Positions 12,355 to 25,400 of a stretch of DNA of 64,000 bases are shown here, one piece after another. Location: NCBI GenBank assembly GCA_965178125.1, contig OZ237738.1, positions 682,001 through 746,000 on the forward strand. The letters run 5' to 3'. Below the pieces are notes generated by a model. The model was given only the letters and a program-made list of their open reading frames with translations, ran no database searches and had not been told where the DNA came from. Within the stretch, counting starts at the first letter, position 1. Each line of letters starts with the position of its first letter. The position numbers and the translations under genes were made by a program. Source of the DNA: Bilabrum cf. latius. Its lineage: Eukaryota.

Positions 12355-13461
12355 ATGTCGCGAAACGCTGCTCGTAGAAAAGGAAAGGCAAAGGTTTCAA
12401 AAACAGAACAGGACTTGAAGTATTAGCTTGAAGATGTTCACATCGAGCTCGACCGGAGATGCGATCGAATCCGACAGGAGGCAGAGGACTCTGTCCTCGC
12501 ACTAAAGAATTGCTTGTCTGTGCAGCTTGCGAAGCTACCAACAGCAGTAAGAAAGCAGAAAGTGCTTCCATTGTGGCATGATTGCTAGCAGAGTATGAGC
12601 CGCTTGATTGCAGCGGCGAGTGCTCCAGTAGCTCGCTAGCCTCTTGCTGCTGCGTCTGGGGCAAGCTTGGTTTCTGCTGCCAAGGCCAGGATTGGCGGCA
12701 AGAGGTCCGCAATTCAGACCATTAGCCACGTTAGCAAGGTAAGCAGAACACCGTTGAATTCGTGCTTATCTCCGAAAGCCAATACTGTTTATATCCGTAA
12801 GTCAGCTTCGTTGCATGCTATCGCCCTCGCGCAGAAATCTCGAATAGGAAATGGAGCTGCCGCTGCAGGCCGCGCAGCCCCCAAGACGCCTGGGGCATCG
12901 AAATCGTCCAGAAGCGGTGTTGTTGCAGGCGCGATGCGAAGCGCCCGGCCCGGCGGGGCATACTCGCGGTTGCCAACCACACCGGGTACGGCCATGAGGC
13001 GAGCCAGACGGGGCGAAATTATGCTGTCTGCGAACGGATCTCCTCTTACCGTGGCTGGACCAAGGGCGCGAGCCGCCGTTGGCCTAGGGCTCGCCGCGTC
13101 CTCTTCCTCGTCCGGTTCCAGTGCAGGCGCGGGGGCCACAAGCCACAAGTCCTCCTCATCCTCCTCGTCTGCCTCGTCTGCTGCCGGCGAATCGGCGACT
13201 GCCACCGGAGTGGATGAAGAGGAGGGCATTGCAATCGACGTTGCTCTTGGGGATGGCATGGCTGTTGACGTGTCAGACCCGAGCGCGCTTGCCGGTCTCC
13301 AGGGAGAGGACAAGGAGCGAGCGGTGCAGCAGCTCCTCGAGCTGCAGGCCAAGCTGGCTTCCATCGTGGGGTCTTTGCAAGGGCCTGGAGAGAGTAGTGG
13401 TAGGTCTGGGGCAGCATCAGGGGCTGCCAAGGCTGGCAGGCCACCACTCGGGACGGACTGA
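12355..13461 (+). CDS. Borealin/Nbl1-like chromosomal passenger complex subunit (probable intron ~12739-12834)
   Basis: ATG 12355 gives MSRNAARRK...Y*LEDVHIELDRRCDRIRQEAEDSVLALKNCLSVQLAKLPTAVRK, resembling Nbl1/Borealin_N. In frame with RRARRGEIMLSANGSPL and a C-terminal helix; TGA stop. Confidence 0.7.
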
Positions 13462-13686
13462 CGGACTGACTGACACAATCTCATGCCAAGCATCATGAAG
13501 AGCTGCTGCGAGTGCTTTGAAACCAGAAATGAAAGAATGATTGTATTGAGCCAAATCTTGCATAAAAAAATTGTCTGTTATCTAGACGCATGAATGAACG
13601 CACGATCCCGCAGCAACACCCCCGCGACTGGAGGGGCAGTGGCTTGCGGGCGACGTGGCTTCTTTCCAAGGACATTGCAACTCGTA

Positions 13687-16617
13687 TCATCCGCCATGCA
13701 GCAAGCTCGGCCGTGGAAAGGGCGACAGTGCCAGCCCGAGACTGGTTGAATTTGCGCTCCAGTCATCGAATGCCGCCCTGTGATACCCACTCCCGATGCC
13801 CACCCACCCAAGAGCGTATGTCGCGTCCTGCACCGCGGCCACCTGCACGCCATCCACCCAAGCAGTGATGGCATTCTTTTCTGTCTTGAGTCGCAGCGTA
13901 TGCCACGTCCCCACCCCGGAGTGACCAGCGGGAATGCTGCCCGATGCTAGCACAGTCTGCTATCCGAACGCTGCCTCTGTCGCTGCCCCGGCCCCAAGGA
14001 CCTGCGATCGATCTGCTCGAGACACAGGTGAACGTCTCGCTTCCCACTCCGCCTCAGACACACCGGCTGGCTTTGAAGTACCGACGCTGAGGATCCACGT
14101 ACCGTTCGATTGCAAAAAGAGCCAGTAGCCGTACTTGTACCAAGACGATGAGTATGCAGCGCATGCGGCGCTCGTACTGTTGCTCGCCGCAGCACCGCCG
14201 AGTCGCGCCCCCACTGCCACCATAGTCGCCTGCTCTTTCGCCCCGGGCGGCATCGCTGAAAGGCACATTGGCTGGCCCTGAGGCCCAGATTGGCCCATGG
14301 CTTGAAGCTGCCCCGAGCTGCCAACGCTTTGCCACACCTGCGTAGCTGGCGTGTGGTCGCCGCACGGCTGCATCGTCACATCGCTGGCTCCCTGCTGCGC
14401 GGCTTTCTTGTCGATACTGGCCGACAGGCACAGCCCCGACTGCATGCGAGTCTTGAGCTTAAATCCGCCAGTGGACTCCACCAGCACCTTGTCCCATCGT
14501 TGGTTGTTCGAGTCGCAGTTCGCGTCGGTTGTGTCAACGCACCCCCACATCCACGCCGGCGTGCCAGCAGATTGGTTGCAGCCAAGCACGTCCAAGCACT
14601 GCCTCGACGCTGCGTTGGCGATCGATCCGTTTAGAACTCCCGGAGGATCGAATACCCACTGCATGTCGCCTGGTACCGCGCCCGAAGGGCCTGGCTTGCT
14701 GCACGGACGCAGACTCAGCACGGGGTTGTCGTTGCTGCTGGTCCAGCTTGCCTCTTCAAGTACGGCCGCCCTTGCTGACACGTCCGAATCAGATATGTCG
14801 AATCGCCCCCCAATTGACAGGGCAAACACCGGATCGTCGCCATGGAAGTGCCAGGTGCTGGGTGGAGCAGTGACGTTCTGAAGGTATGCCTAGCCATGCG
14901 CCCCTGCAATGCCATCAGTGGCCGCAAAAGTACCCGATTGGTCGGAGAAGTACTTGGCCATGCGCTGCTCTGGGGTGCTCTCAAAGTCCTCCGTCCAAGA
15001 AGGTGGAAACACCGTGGCGTTGGCAGGGGGCTGCTTGGGCACACCGTGGGTCTGCCCACTGTCACGAGAGGCGATCGTGTACTGGGAATCGGGCCGGATG
15101 CCCGTGATTGTAAATGTGCCTGCGAGCGATACTTGCACATCTGCCAGGCGCTCAAACCACGTGACCGGCTCGCCATCGCTCTGAAAAAACACCGACTTCC
15201 AGACCACGACGCTGCTTGGCCGTCGCATTCCCTGCCCCAAGGCGAACGTCACGTCCTGCGTGTCGGCCACCGGCCACGGGTTGCTCGGATTTTGCCGGAT
15301 ACAGCGGCTGTGGTCGAGCGTGGTAGTCTCTAGCACCACCACCCAATCCATGGGAGCGCCGCCTGGCCCTGTAGCGCGCGCAGCATCAGAGTCGTTGCGA
15401 CTGTCTTGGCGGTAGGCGTTGCCTTGACGAAGCCAGGCGAGCATGGCCTCCCGTTCGTGGGCGGCACCCCCGCGCTGACCCTCTGTGAGGCCGCCGGCTG
15501 CCTCGATCTGTCGCCGGAGATGGGGCGGTTCGACGAGCGTGACGAACGTTCCACCCCCCGGCAGCTCACCTGCGCCCATGCCTGGGTGCAGAAACCTGTA
15601 CCCAGGCTGCACGAACTGGCCCCAGTGTGCCATGGCCCAAAGCGGGCTCGTGTCGTAGTAGCTGCCTGACCACGGCTGGGCAGCCGCGATGAGCGAGTCA
15701 CCGTACCAGTGCAGCTGCTCGAGATAGCTGCTCGCGAGGTTCCACACTATCGTTGAGGTCATGTTGCCGTATAGGACATTCCAGTTCAGGATGCGGGCGA
15801 GACACGCCCCCCCTTGGGCGTCGAAGAACGTGCTGGAGTCCTCGCTGCTCCACAGTGGGGTGCCCGTTGACACAGCGAGCGGGGTTGAGTTGCTAGCGTG
15901 CGGGTAGTGCGCCCCAATGACCGCGGTGGCCTGCTTCATTTCCTGGTCTGCAAGGATCTGCTTCGCTACCGGGTCAAAATCGCCGAAGTTGTCGGACACC
16001 ACAACCTTCGTCTCGTTCAGACCGATCGCATCTAGCTGTCGCCGCAAGTCTTTCACGTAGTCCACAGTCCAAGGCATTTCGTTGTGGATGCCAGTGTAGT
16101 CACATGTGTACCCCCATTGCTCCTTCGCGCCCCTGCAAAATCGTGCTTGATACGAGATAGTTCGGTTGGTGAGTGGCGAAGTCAGGTATCCGGCTAGGTG
16201 TCCTGGAAATCCCCAGCTCAAAGTATAGCCAAGCATCGACGGATTTCTCTATAGCGCTGCTTTGACCACGTCTCCCTCATACCCCCGCTTGAACGATGCC
16301 TCGTCGTCTGTGTCTCCGGAAGAGTGCTCTATGCTGGGCTCGCTCCCGCACCCGCTGAAGCTGTCTCCCCCAACCTCTATCTTCAGGGTGTGCATAGACG
16401 CCCCAAATAGGGGTTTAAACAGAAGATCGTATGCGCTGCCAGCTGTTGACTCATCGTAGTCGATCAGCAGACGAGAGGTTGCGCCTCCTCCAGAAAGCGC
16501 CCCAACGCCATCGAATTTCCTTCCAAGCAATGCCCCATCCAACTTGATTACAGGAGCTGAGCTTGCAACGATTGACAATAAACAAGAGATAGCAGCCGGA
16601 GCTGCTGTAGAGAACAT
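13687..16617 (-). CDS. GALC: GH59 galactosylceramidase-like glycoside hydrolase with signal peptide and ricin-B lectin insert, 976 aa with 3 TAG=Gln
   Basis: FDGVGALSGGGATSRLLIDY, LKIEVGGD, GIHNE, IGAHYP, LWSSED, KYFSDQSGTF; QxW-type ricin repeats. Four track ORFs in one frame joined by TAG at 16249, 14890 and 13960; TGA stop. Confidence 0.92.
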
Positions 16618-16763
16618 ATCGGTGGGTTAATTGTGTGTGAATGTTGGCAAGACATTTCGCCCCTCCCAGTGGCTCGGTTCGGAAGGAACCACAAGCAGCG
16701 AACCTCCAAGTCGCACCACAAGAAACCACAGCATGGTGTCTAGGCATAAAGCTGAAAGCACAT

Positions 16764-17929
16764 TCATAGTTCCTCTTGTCGGGGTAAACTTTGGCCTGTT
16801 GCATCGACAGCAGGCTGGCCAAGCTTCACGGGTCGGTGTGCTGCCTGGCTGCCGGCTGGCTGCGAGGACAGCGACTCAGCGCTAGCCCTGTCGACCCTGT
16901 GGCTTCCTCCACGCGCCTTTTGCGCCTGTCGCTGCTGGTGCGGTGCTCCTTCAATCCCGCTGAGAATGCGCTCGTCTTCCGCTTTCTCTCCCGCGATCCA
17001 CCAGTCAGGGCGAGCGAGCATCCCTGCCCGAGCAAGTGCCTCGGCCATGCCACGGATCGCTGCCCTCCCACGCCGCTCCAATTCCGCGCACCTCGGGACA
17101 GCCACATTCGTTGCCATGGCATCGGCATCAGACGCTTCATTTTCTTCTTGATTCGCCGCTGGTGCTGCCTGTGACCGCCCTCCCAGAGCAGCCAAAGGGG
17201 GGCTTGCATTCGCTCGAGACACCGGGAGGCACCTGCAAACGCGGTCCGAAGTCGCATCAGAGTCGACTCCATTAGGCGAACTCGGAGTCAAGCAGCCACC
17301 TGCAGGCACCCACACCATGGGCTCGTCGTCCGCTGGACCTAGGCTGCTAGCATGGCCGGACGATGTTCGGCGGCGGCGCTGTCCCTGGCCCCACTGCACA
17401 CCACCGCCGCTAAATATGCTGCTAAACATGGAAGTACCATGCGGCCTATTCGCTCTGCCCGGTGTCTTTGCCCTGCCTGATCCCTGCACGAGCCGGAGCT
17501 GGGCTTCGGCCTCGACCCCTCGCACCTGACGCAGCGGCACCCATTCCATCAGCAGCGCGATGCTATCAAACTACCCAGGGTCTAAGTTGTAGTCTCCTAG
17601 CGCTAAGTTGCTCGTAACAAGTGTCTCCCATCTCCCTGAGCCAGATTGGCCGACAACTACCTTGAATCTGTCGTGTCCAAGCCAGCGTCCAGCCGTAGCA
17701 AACGTCTCATCAGTCTGCAAGCATATGAAAACTATGACCGTAGGTTCCAGTATTTTGATCGACTCCCGTTTCGCGATCAATTTGAATCCAACGTTCTGAT
17801 TCTCACGGTTGCACTTGGTGGACCGCCTCGAAGCGTCACGACCTGTGTGGGTTTCGAGTCAAGTTGCAGCACGACAACACCTGCAATGGCACATGCCGCA
17901 GCAAGTAGAACTATGCTTCGATCAACCAT
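16764..17929 (-). CDS. Hypothetical protein with N-terminal hydrophobic anchor (probable intron ~17716-17807)
   Basis: MVDRSIVLLAAACAIAGVVVL, then a GTGAGA...TTGCAG intron, then ORFs 17571..17780 and 16764..17549 in frame via TAG; TGA stop. Confidence 0.5.
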
Positions 17930-17988
17930 GCGAGCCCATCGGCTTGAAAGTGCTCGGTTGCAGGAGAGGGTAGTAGGGTGCACATTCG

Positions 17989-20900
17989 ATGTATTCCAGA
18001 GTTGCCGTTCGGCGCGCTCCACTCTCACCTCTGATGTCCCTTCACCAGCGAAAGAGACGAAGGGGGTCAGACTTGGTTAGCGTCGATATTGCTGATGTTT
18101 TTCGTGCTAAAACTGCTGGCGGGGGGAGGAAACCGCTTCAATTCGGCCTACCAACCACTGGACGACGGTAGAGTACGTTTGGACCACTCGCAGCTGGCTA
18201 TGACCCGCAAAGTGTCACCCTAAGCACATCTAAATCAAAGGAAATGGGAATGTTTCTAAGGCGTGAACAAGTTCGAGCTTTGGAAGCGGCTGACCTTGGT
18301 ATGCCAGTCGAGCTGCCCGGTGGCTCGCAAGCGGTGTCGTACCATTCGCTGCGCGGCGCTTCTCTTGCAGCGCAACGGGCACAATCTCGCGGACGAGGGG
18401 TGGCCGCACCTTCACTCTGTAGCAGTGTATCTGGCGTGTTTTCCTCGACAGGGAATCGCTTGATGACCCGACTAGGTTCGTCCGAGGCAGAAGCTGCCAG
18501 CGGGGGGAAGGACGGTGTGCAGCCTGGACAGCTGATGATGTCTGCAGCAAACGCCATTGCTGCTTCAATTGCTAAACTAGAACAAGAGTACGGACTAAGT
18601 CGGGACTCTGACACTGACAGCGACGATGAGGCCAGAGTCGCTGTTACGAGCACCATCGTGAACTCGACCAAACGGCCTGGCACGGGGCGAATTGAGCTTG
18701 CCTCCGATGCTGCCCAGTCCTCCAGCCTGTCACCACTTCAAATAACGACAAAACTTCGACCCGAAGGACCTCATGTATTGGGCAGGGGACGCGCCGCGCA
18801 CGCATGGCAAGACTACGTCACGGTGCAAGCTCCTTTCTTCAGCAGGGCTGGCGGACGAATACGGGAGACTTTGAGCGTGCGCACGTCCAGACAGTTAGAG
18901 TCAGACGATGGTCCACCTACGCTGCTCCCTCCCAGTTTTGCTCGATCCGGGCGCGCTGGGACTGGAACGCTGCGCGACAACCGAAACGCGAGCTACGGCA
19001 GCGGCGTTGACCTGTGCTCCCAGCGAACCCTCGGCCATCTCGTCCGTAAGGAGGCTGCAGCGGCCGCAGCAGAGCGGCAACGAAACCTTCTGCAGTCAAA
19101 GGGTCTGCCAGTCTCTCGGCCTGCACGAAACCTCAGGCTGGCATCGAGGAGCCAGCCGGCCGACGGCGGGTCCAGTCTCCAGTCCAGGTCGTCAATCTCA
19201 GGCAGTTAGCTGACAGGCCAAATTCCGTTGCAGAGCTCACGGCAGCGGGCACGGGTGGTTTCAGCTGCAAGCGATTTTCCCTGGGCGAGAGAGCGCGACA
19301 GCCACAGCCCAGACACCTTTGATCTGGCCGACAGTCAAGCCGCATCGAATGGAGCTTCGATTAAAAAGACGACCGAGAAAAGCCAGCACGGATCGAATGC
19401 GATCGTAGGCCTACCACCGCTGTTACAGCGACTGGAAAACTGCTCACCTACGCAGATGGTCGGCATTAGCAGCGGGGGCAGCAGCATGCTGACGCTATCC
19501 CCCGGTCGGAGCCCATCCCCCGCGCAAGCCGGAGCGTCTTCCTCCGACGGTCGCACCGCCAGCGCACTCAGCAATAAAAGTGGTGATCACTCTATCAACA
19601 CAGCGCGCTCGCGTGCCGCTGCGATCCGGATTGCGTCAACAGAGGGGCTGCCTCAGCTATTCGGGTGGACCTCACGCTTCACAGGACCAGGTGAGGTTAA
19701 GGTGGCTCTGGCCGTTCGTTCCCGCGTCAAGCGACTTCGCCTGGAGATTGATGAGCAAACTCAGCTGATAAAACAACTCCAAGACTTGCAAAAGGAGGAG
19801 CCTGCGGGAACAGCAGACGGAGCTGAAGCAGCTGCCCGGCGGCAGCACTTGGACGTTCTCAAGCGGAGCATCAAGCACAAAAAGCTGCATCTGCAAACGT
19901 TCCTAGCTGAAAATGCAGCCATTCTCGAATCTTTGGATGATTTCGAATCCAAGGAAGATATGAAGGCGGGCCCAAGCCGTGCATAGTCGAGGGCCCGAGT
20001 GAAGCATGCAAGCACGGCTGGCAGCGTGAAGCCGCCCCAGTCCATGGTTCCAGGACGCACAGCCGTTCTAAAGTTCCCTGAGCGGCATCAAATAGACATA
20101 GTTGGTGTCCGGTCCATGGTTGCTCTGTCTGACCCGGTGTCGTACGCAGAAAATGTGGCTGGTCAGCCTGAGCACGTGTCAGCCCATGTGCCGGTCCCAG
20201 TTGCAATCAAGTCACAGAGCCTGAAAGAAGGGGAAGACGTCAAGCCAGAAGGCCAGCAGCGGAGCCTCATTGACTTGGTGCAGAGAGGTGAGCTGGAGGA
20301 AGGGTCCATGCGCCTTCGGCAAAGAGATTCTTCTGCTGCGGAGGCCGATCAACTCGACCCGGGTGCCGCTGCCAGCAGGTCAGTTCCGCTCACGAACCTT
20401 CCCATCAATGCGAAAAATGCCGTACAGAGCCCACTGCACAAGCACATCGAGCCCGAAAAGATCATGTATCCCATGGCAGGCAAGGCAGCTGCTACATCGT
20501 CTCTTGGCTTGGCGGCACGGCTGCCGGGTACGATTCAGCGACGCATCTGGAGGCGACTTGCGCTGCGAGACATTGTCTTTTCAACAACAGTCGCCGACTT
20601 TGGAACGATTATCACAGGAAGAGAGTACGCCCTAGCGATTCGCACCAAAAACGTATCCATTGACAGGCAGCGACTCAGGGTGCACGCACTTCACGTGTGG
20701 GATTCCGATGGCACGGAGTTGCAGAAGCCTGTACCTGGCCTGTCGCTGCGGGTTCGAGCTCGCAGCAGCGCGATGCTTCCGGGGGAGGCGCGAAGAATCG
20801 TCGTGCTGATTCACAGCCATGTTGCCAGGGACATTCGCGCGAGGCTGGTGCTTCGGACCCAGCAGGGCCGGCTGAGGTCTGTGCAGATTCGAGCTGCGGC

Positions 20901-21879
20901 CCTGCAGAAGCCAGCGTTCCACTTAAAAAGACAAGAGCGACTGGTAGCGATGCAGCAAAAACCTGTAGGCAAGCAGCGCGAATCTGGAGATCTAGGCTAG
21001 TCCGGCGTATCTGATGGTCACGCGATGCCCAGAGGTGCAAGCAAAGGACGGCTGCTTCAGTCGCAGTCTAGATTGCAGTTCCACGGAAAGCAACAGGATC
21101 TCTCCCGCTCCAGATCGCATCTGAGCTCTAGGGGGCTCGATATTGGCACCGATGCCTTCACAATTGCAAGGCTTCAGGTCTCCGACGGCACAAATGGCGG
21201 CACAGAGCCCCACCTTGATCGGGTAGACAGGCCAAGCATGCGAAAGCAGCCAATGGTGGAACTCGAGTAGCCAGACGTGAACCTTCTTGGAATGAACTCT
21301 GCAGAGTTTGAAGCTTGCCTCATGCCAGGAGAAGGAGGAACAAACCCTTCTGCGGTTCCCATCGTTTCAGGGGGGGAGGGGCCGCCAATCGAGTTTATGG
21401 CGAGGACGAGGCTCCGGTCGGAGGCCAGTCCGGAGAGGAAACAAAGCAGATGCGAGATCGTACTGGGATCAGGAGCGGACTTGAAACAACCTCCATCAAA
21501 AACTTTCTTCCGAGTTACGCAATCTCAAGGAGGAGCTCACCCGGTCGATGGCAGCAGCGGTGGTACCCAACAGCAGCCTCCTACTCAGCGTAGAGACAGG
21601 AAGCGACCTATGGAGGCTGCTGCAGATGTGGCCCCAATGCTGGCATCGATGACTGCCGTCACAGCGACGCCGCAACAGTGGATAAATCTGTCTCAGTGTA
21701 GACCAATCAGCAGGCCCGACGGTGCTGTCGAGCAACTGCAGCAGCAAGCAATGGAGCTGACCGGCGCATAGATTGGCGATGGAAACGACGAGAAGACAGG
21801 CACTGTCGTGCCATAGCCATTTGGTACGACGAACGCCGTCGTGGGGATAATGGGGACTAGCAATGGTATCAGGGTGTAA
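17989..21879 (+). CDS. ~1290-aa protein with coiled coil and ASH/PapD-like Ig domain, possibly ciliary; start 17989 or 18034
   Basis: Six track ORFs (17989, 18244, 19228, 19999, 21025, 21277) in one frame, separated only by TAG; TAA at 21877-21879. DFGTIITGREYALAIRTKNVS...MLPGEARRIVV...LVLRT resembles an ASH domain. Confidence 0.7.
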
Positions 21880-22476
21880 TTGTGAGAATGCACGCCATTT
21901 TTCAATGTCTATCTATGTCAAACATGCCAGCATGCATGCGTCTCCAATACAACCTGATGAACTAGAAGCGTGCAGTTGGAAATACCAGAACAGCTCCAAT
22001 GTCTAGGCAAATCCACGAGTCTCCAGCACCAATCCTGGATGCCCAACCCTAAGTATGCCCACACGCGTGCGCTCATTCAGTGCACTTCTTTCCCGGTGCG
22101 TACAACATCACCATGTTCCCATCGAAGCGTCCAGCTGCACGCTCGGACGCTTGTGATTTACCTGCATGATGGCCATCAGCTTCAGTTCTACCAAGTTGGA
22201 TGAGTCAGATGCTAGGTCCGGAAATGCAGATTGCCGCAAATAGGCGTTCCCGTGGGAGTCATTCCTTCCACCATCATGATCACGTTCGCATCCACGGGCG
22301 TGGGCTTGTCCCTGTCCCACACCAGCACTGGATTCTGCTCGGAAAGCGATGTGACCAGCGTCTTGGCCGCCCAAATGGACCACACATCTGCCCAAGACCC
22401 TCTGCCCCCCCCCCCCCTTGCTATGGGCAGATTCGCCGCTCCTTTAAGAATGCTCGCACTATCCCCAGCGTTTGTG

Positions 22477-25400
22477 TCATTTTTCAAGCACGGACCAACC
22501 GTCTTCATCCCACACTTCATTGGCCATCGGTCCGCAGCAGACGTAAGTGAAGCAACAGCCTACGCACACATAAGCCCTGTTGGCTCGCTCTGACTGGCAG
22601 CACCCAGGGAAACAGAACTGCACGTTGCCTTGCGCACCGCGAATCCGACGTTGCGCCTTGGTTGCGGCCGTCACACGTTCGTCTGGATGCTGCTGATCAT
22701 GCGGCTAGGTTGCCACCTTTGTCTCGTCCTCCAAGTCATTGAGCAAGGCTAGCTTGCAGTGGCCTGGCAGAAGCTCCAAAGCCACGCTCTTGAGCTGCTC
22801 CAGGTCTCTCTCACTAACTTCCCTCTGCCTTGCCCTGTGCTCCATAATCGCCAAATCCAGCGTGTGCACGTTGCGCTGATAGAGGATGACTTGCATCCAA
22901 TAGAGAAGCAAGTCAGTGGCAAACAGCAGGTACGCGATCACCTGAGCCAGGATAGCCAGCCAGCATCGAGTGAGTGCCTGTCCCTCGAGATCTTCAGTCC
23001 TCCACCGCCCATCGAAGCTGCATGCAGGTATGTGATTCAGAATTAGGGAGTCCTCGGGATCGTAGAGGCCGCTCGTGATGTACGGGTCCCTCTTCGGATC
23101 AGCTTGCCATCGGGCTCCCGTGCAACTGCGGCCAGCCGAGACGAGCTTGAACTCGAAAATGACGACGACGACCGCCAGCAGAGACAGAACTGCTAACACT
23201 ATAACGAGATGATAGCCCACGTTCCATTGGCACCCGTTACATTCAGGCTCCTTCTTTCGCGTTGGCGCTCGGGTTCGGTGGCTGTGCTGAAGGCGGGACT
23301 GGCTGGCCATGATTGCTTGCGGCCGATTGGAATCCTGTGGCAAGCTTCCGTAGTAGCTTGTTTGAGTAGGCATTCCAGCCTGCTAGGTAACACTAGATCG
23401 AATGACACCTTGCGACGTGCCCGAAGCATGGACCTGGTAGCTGCGCGTGACAGCGGAAGACTGTTCCGCAAGAGGCTCCGGCTGCTGAGCACGGCGCACC
23501 CTCTTGTCAAAGACAACATCATCGACTTTCTCGGCGATCAAGTTGCCCACGCTCCGCGCCTGAAAGGTGCCTTTAGGAACGCAGCACACGATCTACTGGT
23601 ACCACATAAAAGCAGCGACTACCACAACGTAAACTCCAGTCCCAGCAATCAGGATCGACCTCAGATAGTCAAAGCGCACGCGACATGATTGCAGCCCCTC
23701 TCCGAGGCCGGGATGTTTGAGGTCAGTGAGCGTAGAATTAGTGATTGAAACTGTGGAACAGTCCGGACCGCACGGCAAGCAGCTATACTAGAAAACCGAG
23801 GCCGCGCAGTTGCCAGTTTCGCGCAGCACATCGTCACACGGTCTGGCGCACTGCTCGTAGTAGCGACACTGACCCTAAACCTGGCCATTGTTTGCACTAG
23901 CACCAATGCTAGCCTAGTCGTAGCTGAGTGGGCTCGTTTGCTGATTGACATAGCATTGAGGGACGCCCTGTGACGTCTACCCATCCCCTGGATAGCAGAA
24001 ACAGGCCGCACCGGCGGTCGAAGGGCACTCTGCCCTCGGGTTGCTTTGGACGTCAACGAGGTATCGGACGAAAAAGTCGCCGGGCGGTAGCTTTGTCGCG
24101 TCTATCACTTTTCTGATCTCAACGTCTGCATCGATAGCTGCCCAGCAAACCACCGCCACCATCACAACCATCACTGCGTACATGATCAGATGGCACGGCA
24201 CCCACGGCTTCCTGGACATCTCACAGAGGATCGAATACGGGCCGCAGCCGATCCCTCGAGGTAGATGCACCCTTCTTCGAGTTGGCACAGCAGCGATTCC
24301 CGAGGATCCACTGCGCTTGGTGATGTACTTGTAGCTGATAACATCGACGCCGCGGCAACGAAGCCAGCAGCAGAAACAAGCACAAGCCTCTGCCCACGGG
24401 GAGTGTCGGGGGGACGGTCTCGTGCTTATGCTGTCAGTCCCAGGGAGCGCGTCATCTGGAACAAGATTGTGAGTCGGGCCATCGCCGCCCGATGCACCTT
24501 CAGCTGCGGCGGCAAAGGAGTCCTACTGGACCAGGAGTTCGGCGGCATCGACGTGCCTCGGTCCAAACCCGCACCGGCCAGGACACCAGGTGCTTTCAAG
24601 GCCAGTGTACGGAAAGGAAGGCGGAGTCGGCCCGCCCACCTCTGCCGCTGGATGCCCCCACATGCCGAAGCACCATCGCGCCCACCGAGGCACGCAACGC
24701 CCTCGCGCTCCACAGCAGCTTAGCTCACCGTGAAAGCATGGTACCCCGCTGGTGTGCGCAGTCTGGCACCCGTCAAACTAGAATGCGTCCCGCAACCGCA
24801 CTCGGTTCACTCGCAGGCTCGGCCGATAGTCGTGGAGGTCTTCGTTGGGTTTGATGCCTGTGTCGTTGCTGCCCTCCAAAGATCCGCGTTCAGGTGGCGG
24901 TGGTGCCGAAGGATTCAGCGCAGGTGACACAGCCGATAGTGACGAGAATTGCGAGCCCTCACCTTGCTAAACGCGCACATTGGTATGCGGCTAGGCTGGT
25001 GCAATCGGAGTAAATCGGTAATTGAGGGAGTCTTCTGGCCGCGGCACCTTGCCTTGAACATAGGCTTGCCTTGCAGACACCGTGGAGCCAGCCTTGGACT
25101 CAGCAGCGCTCATCCCATCGTCTTCTTCGTCATCGCTATCTCTCACAACACCGCCTGGGGCATAGGTTGGGACAGGCTCTAAAGAGCCGGCTACGCTGTG
25201 AGCATCATCTCTTTGGACCTGACGCATGCTCTCTGCTGCACGCGCAAGCTCCGGAAATCGCTTGGCAATGAAGCAGCAGAACCAGGACGTCCCAAAGAAC
25301 CGCACGAGGCCCAGCGCCCCGATCGCTCCAAAAAACAGGACGGACCATCCCGTATCCTAGATCGTGGTTATGCTCGCGCACTGGATCATGGTCAGAAGAA

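Noticed and set aside
22182-22520. Short minus-strand ORF downstream of the membrane protein
   Set aside because: Overlaps that gene's end, has no recognisable motif, and is probably 3' UTR.
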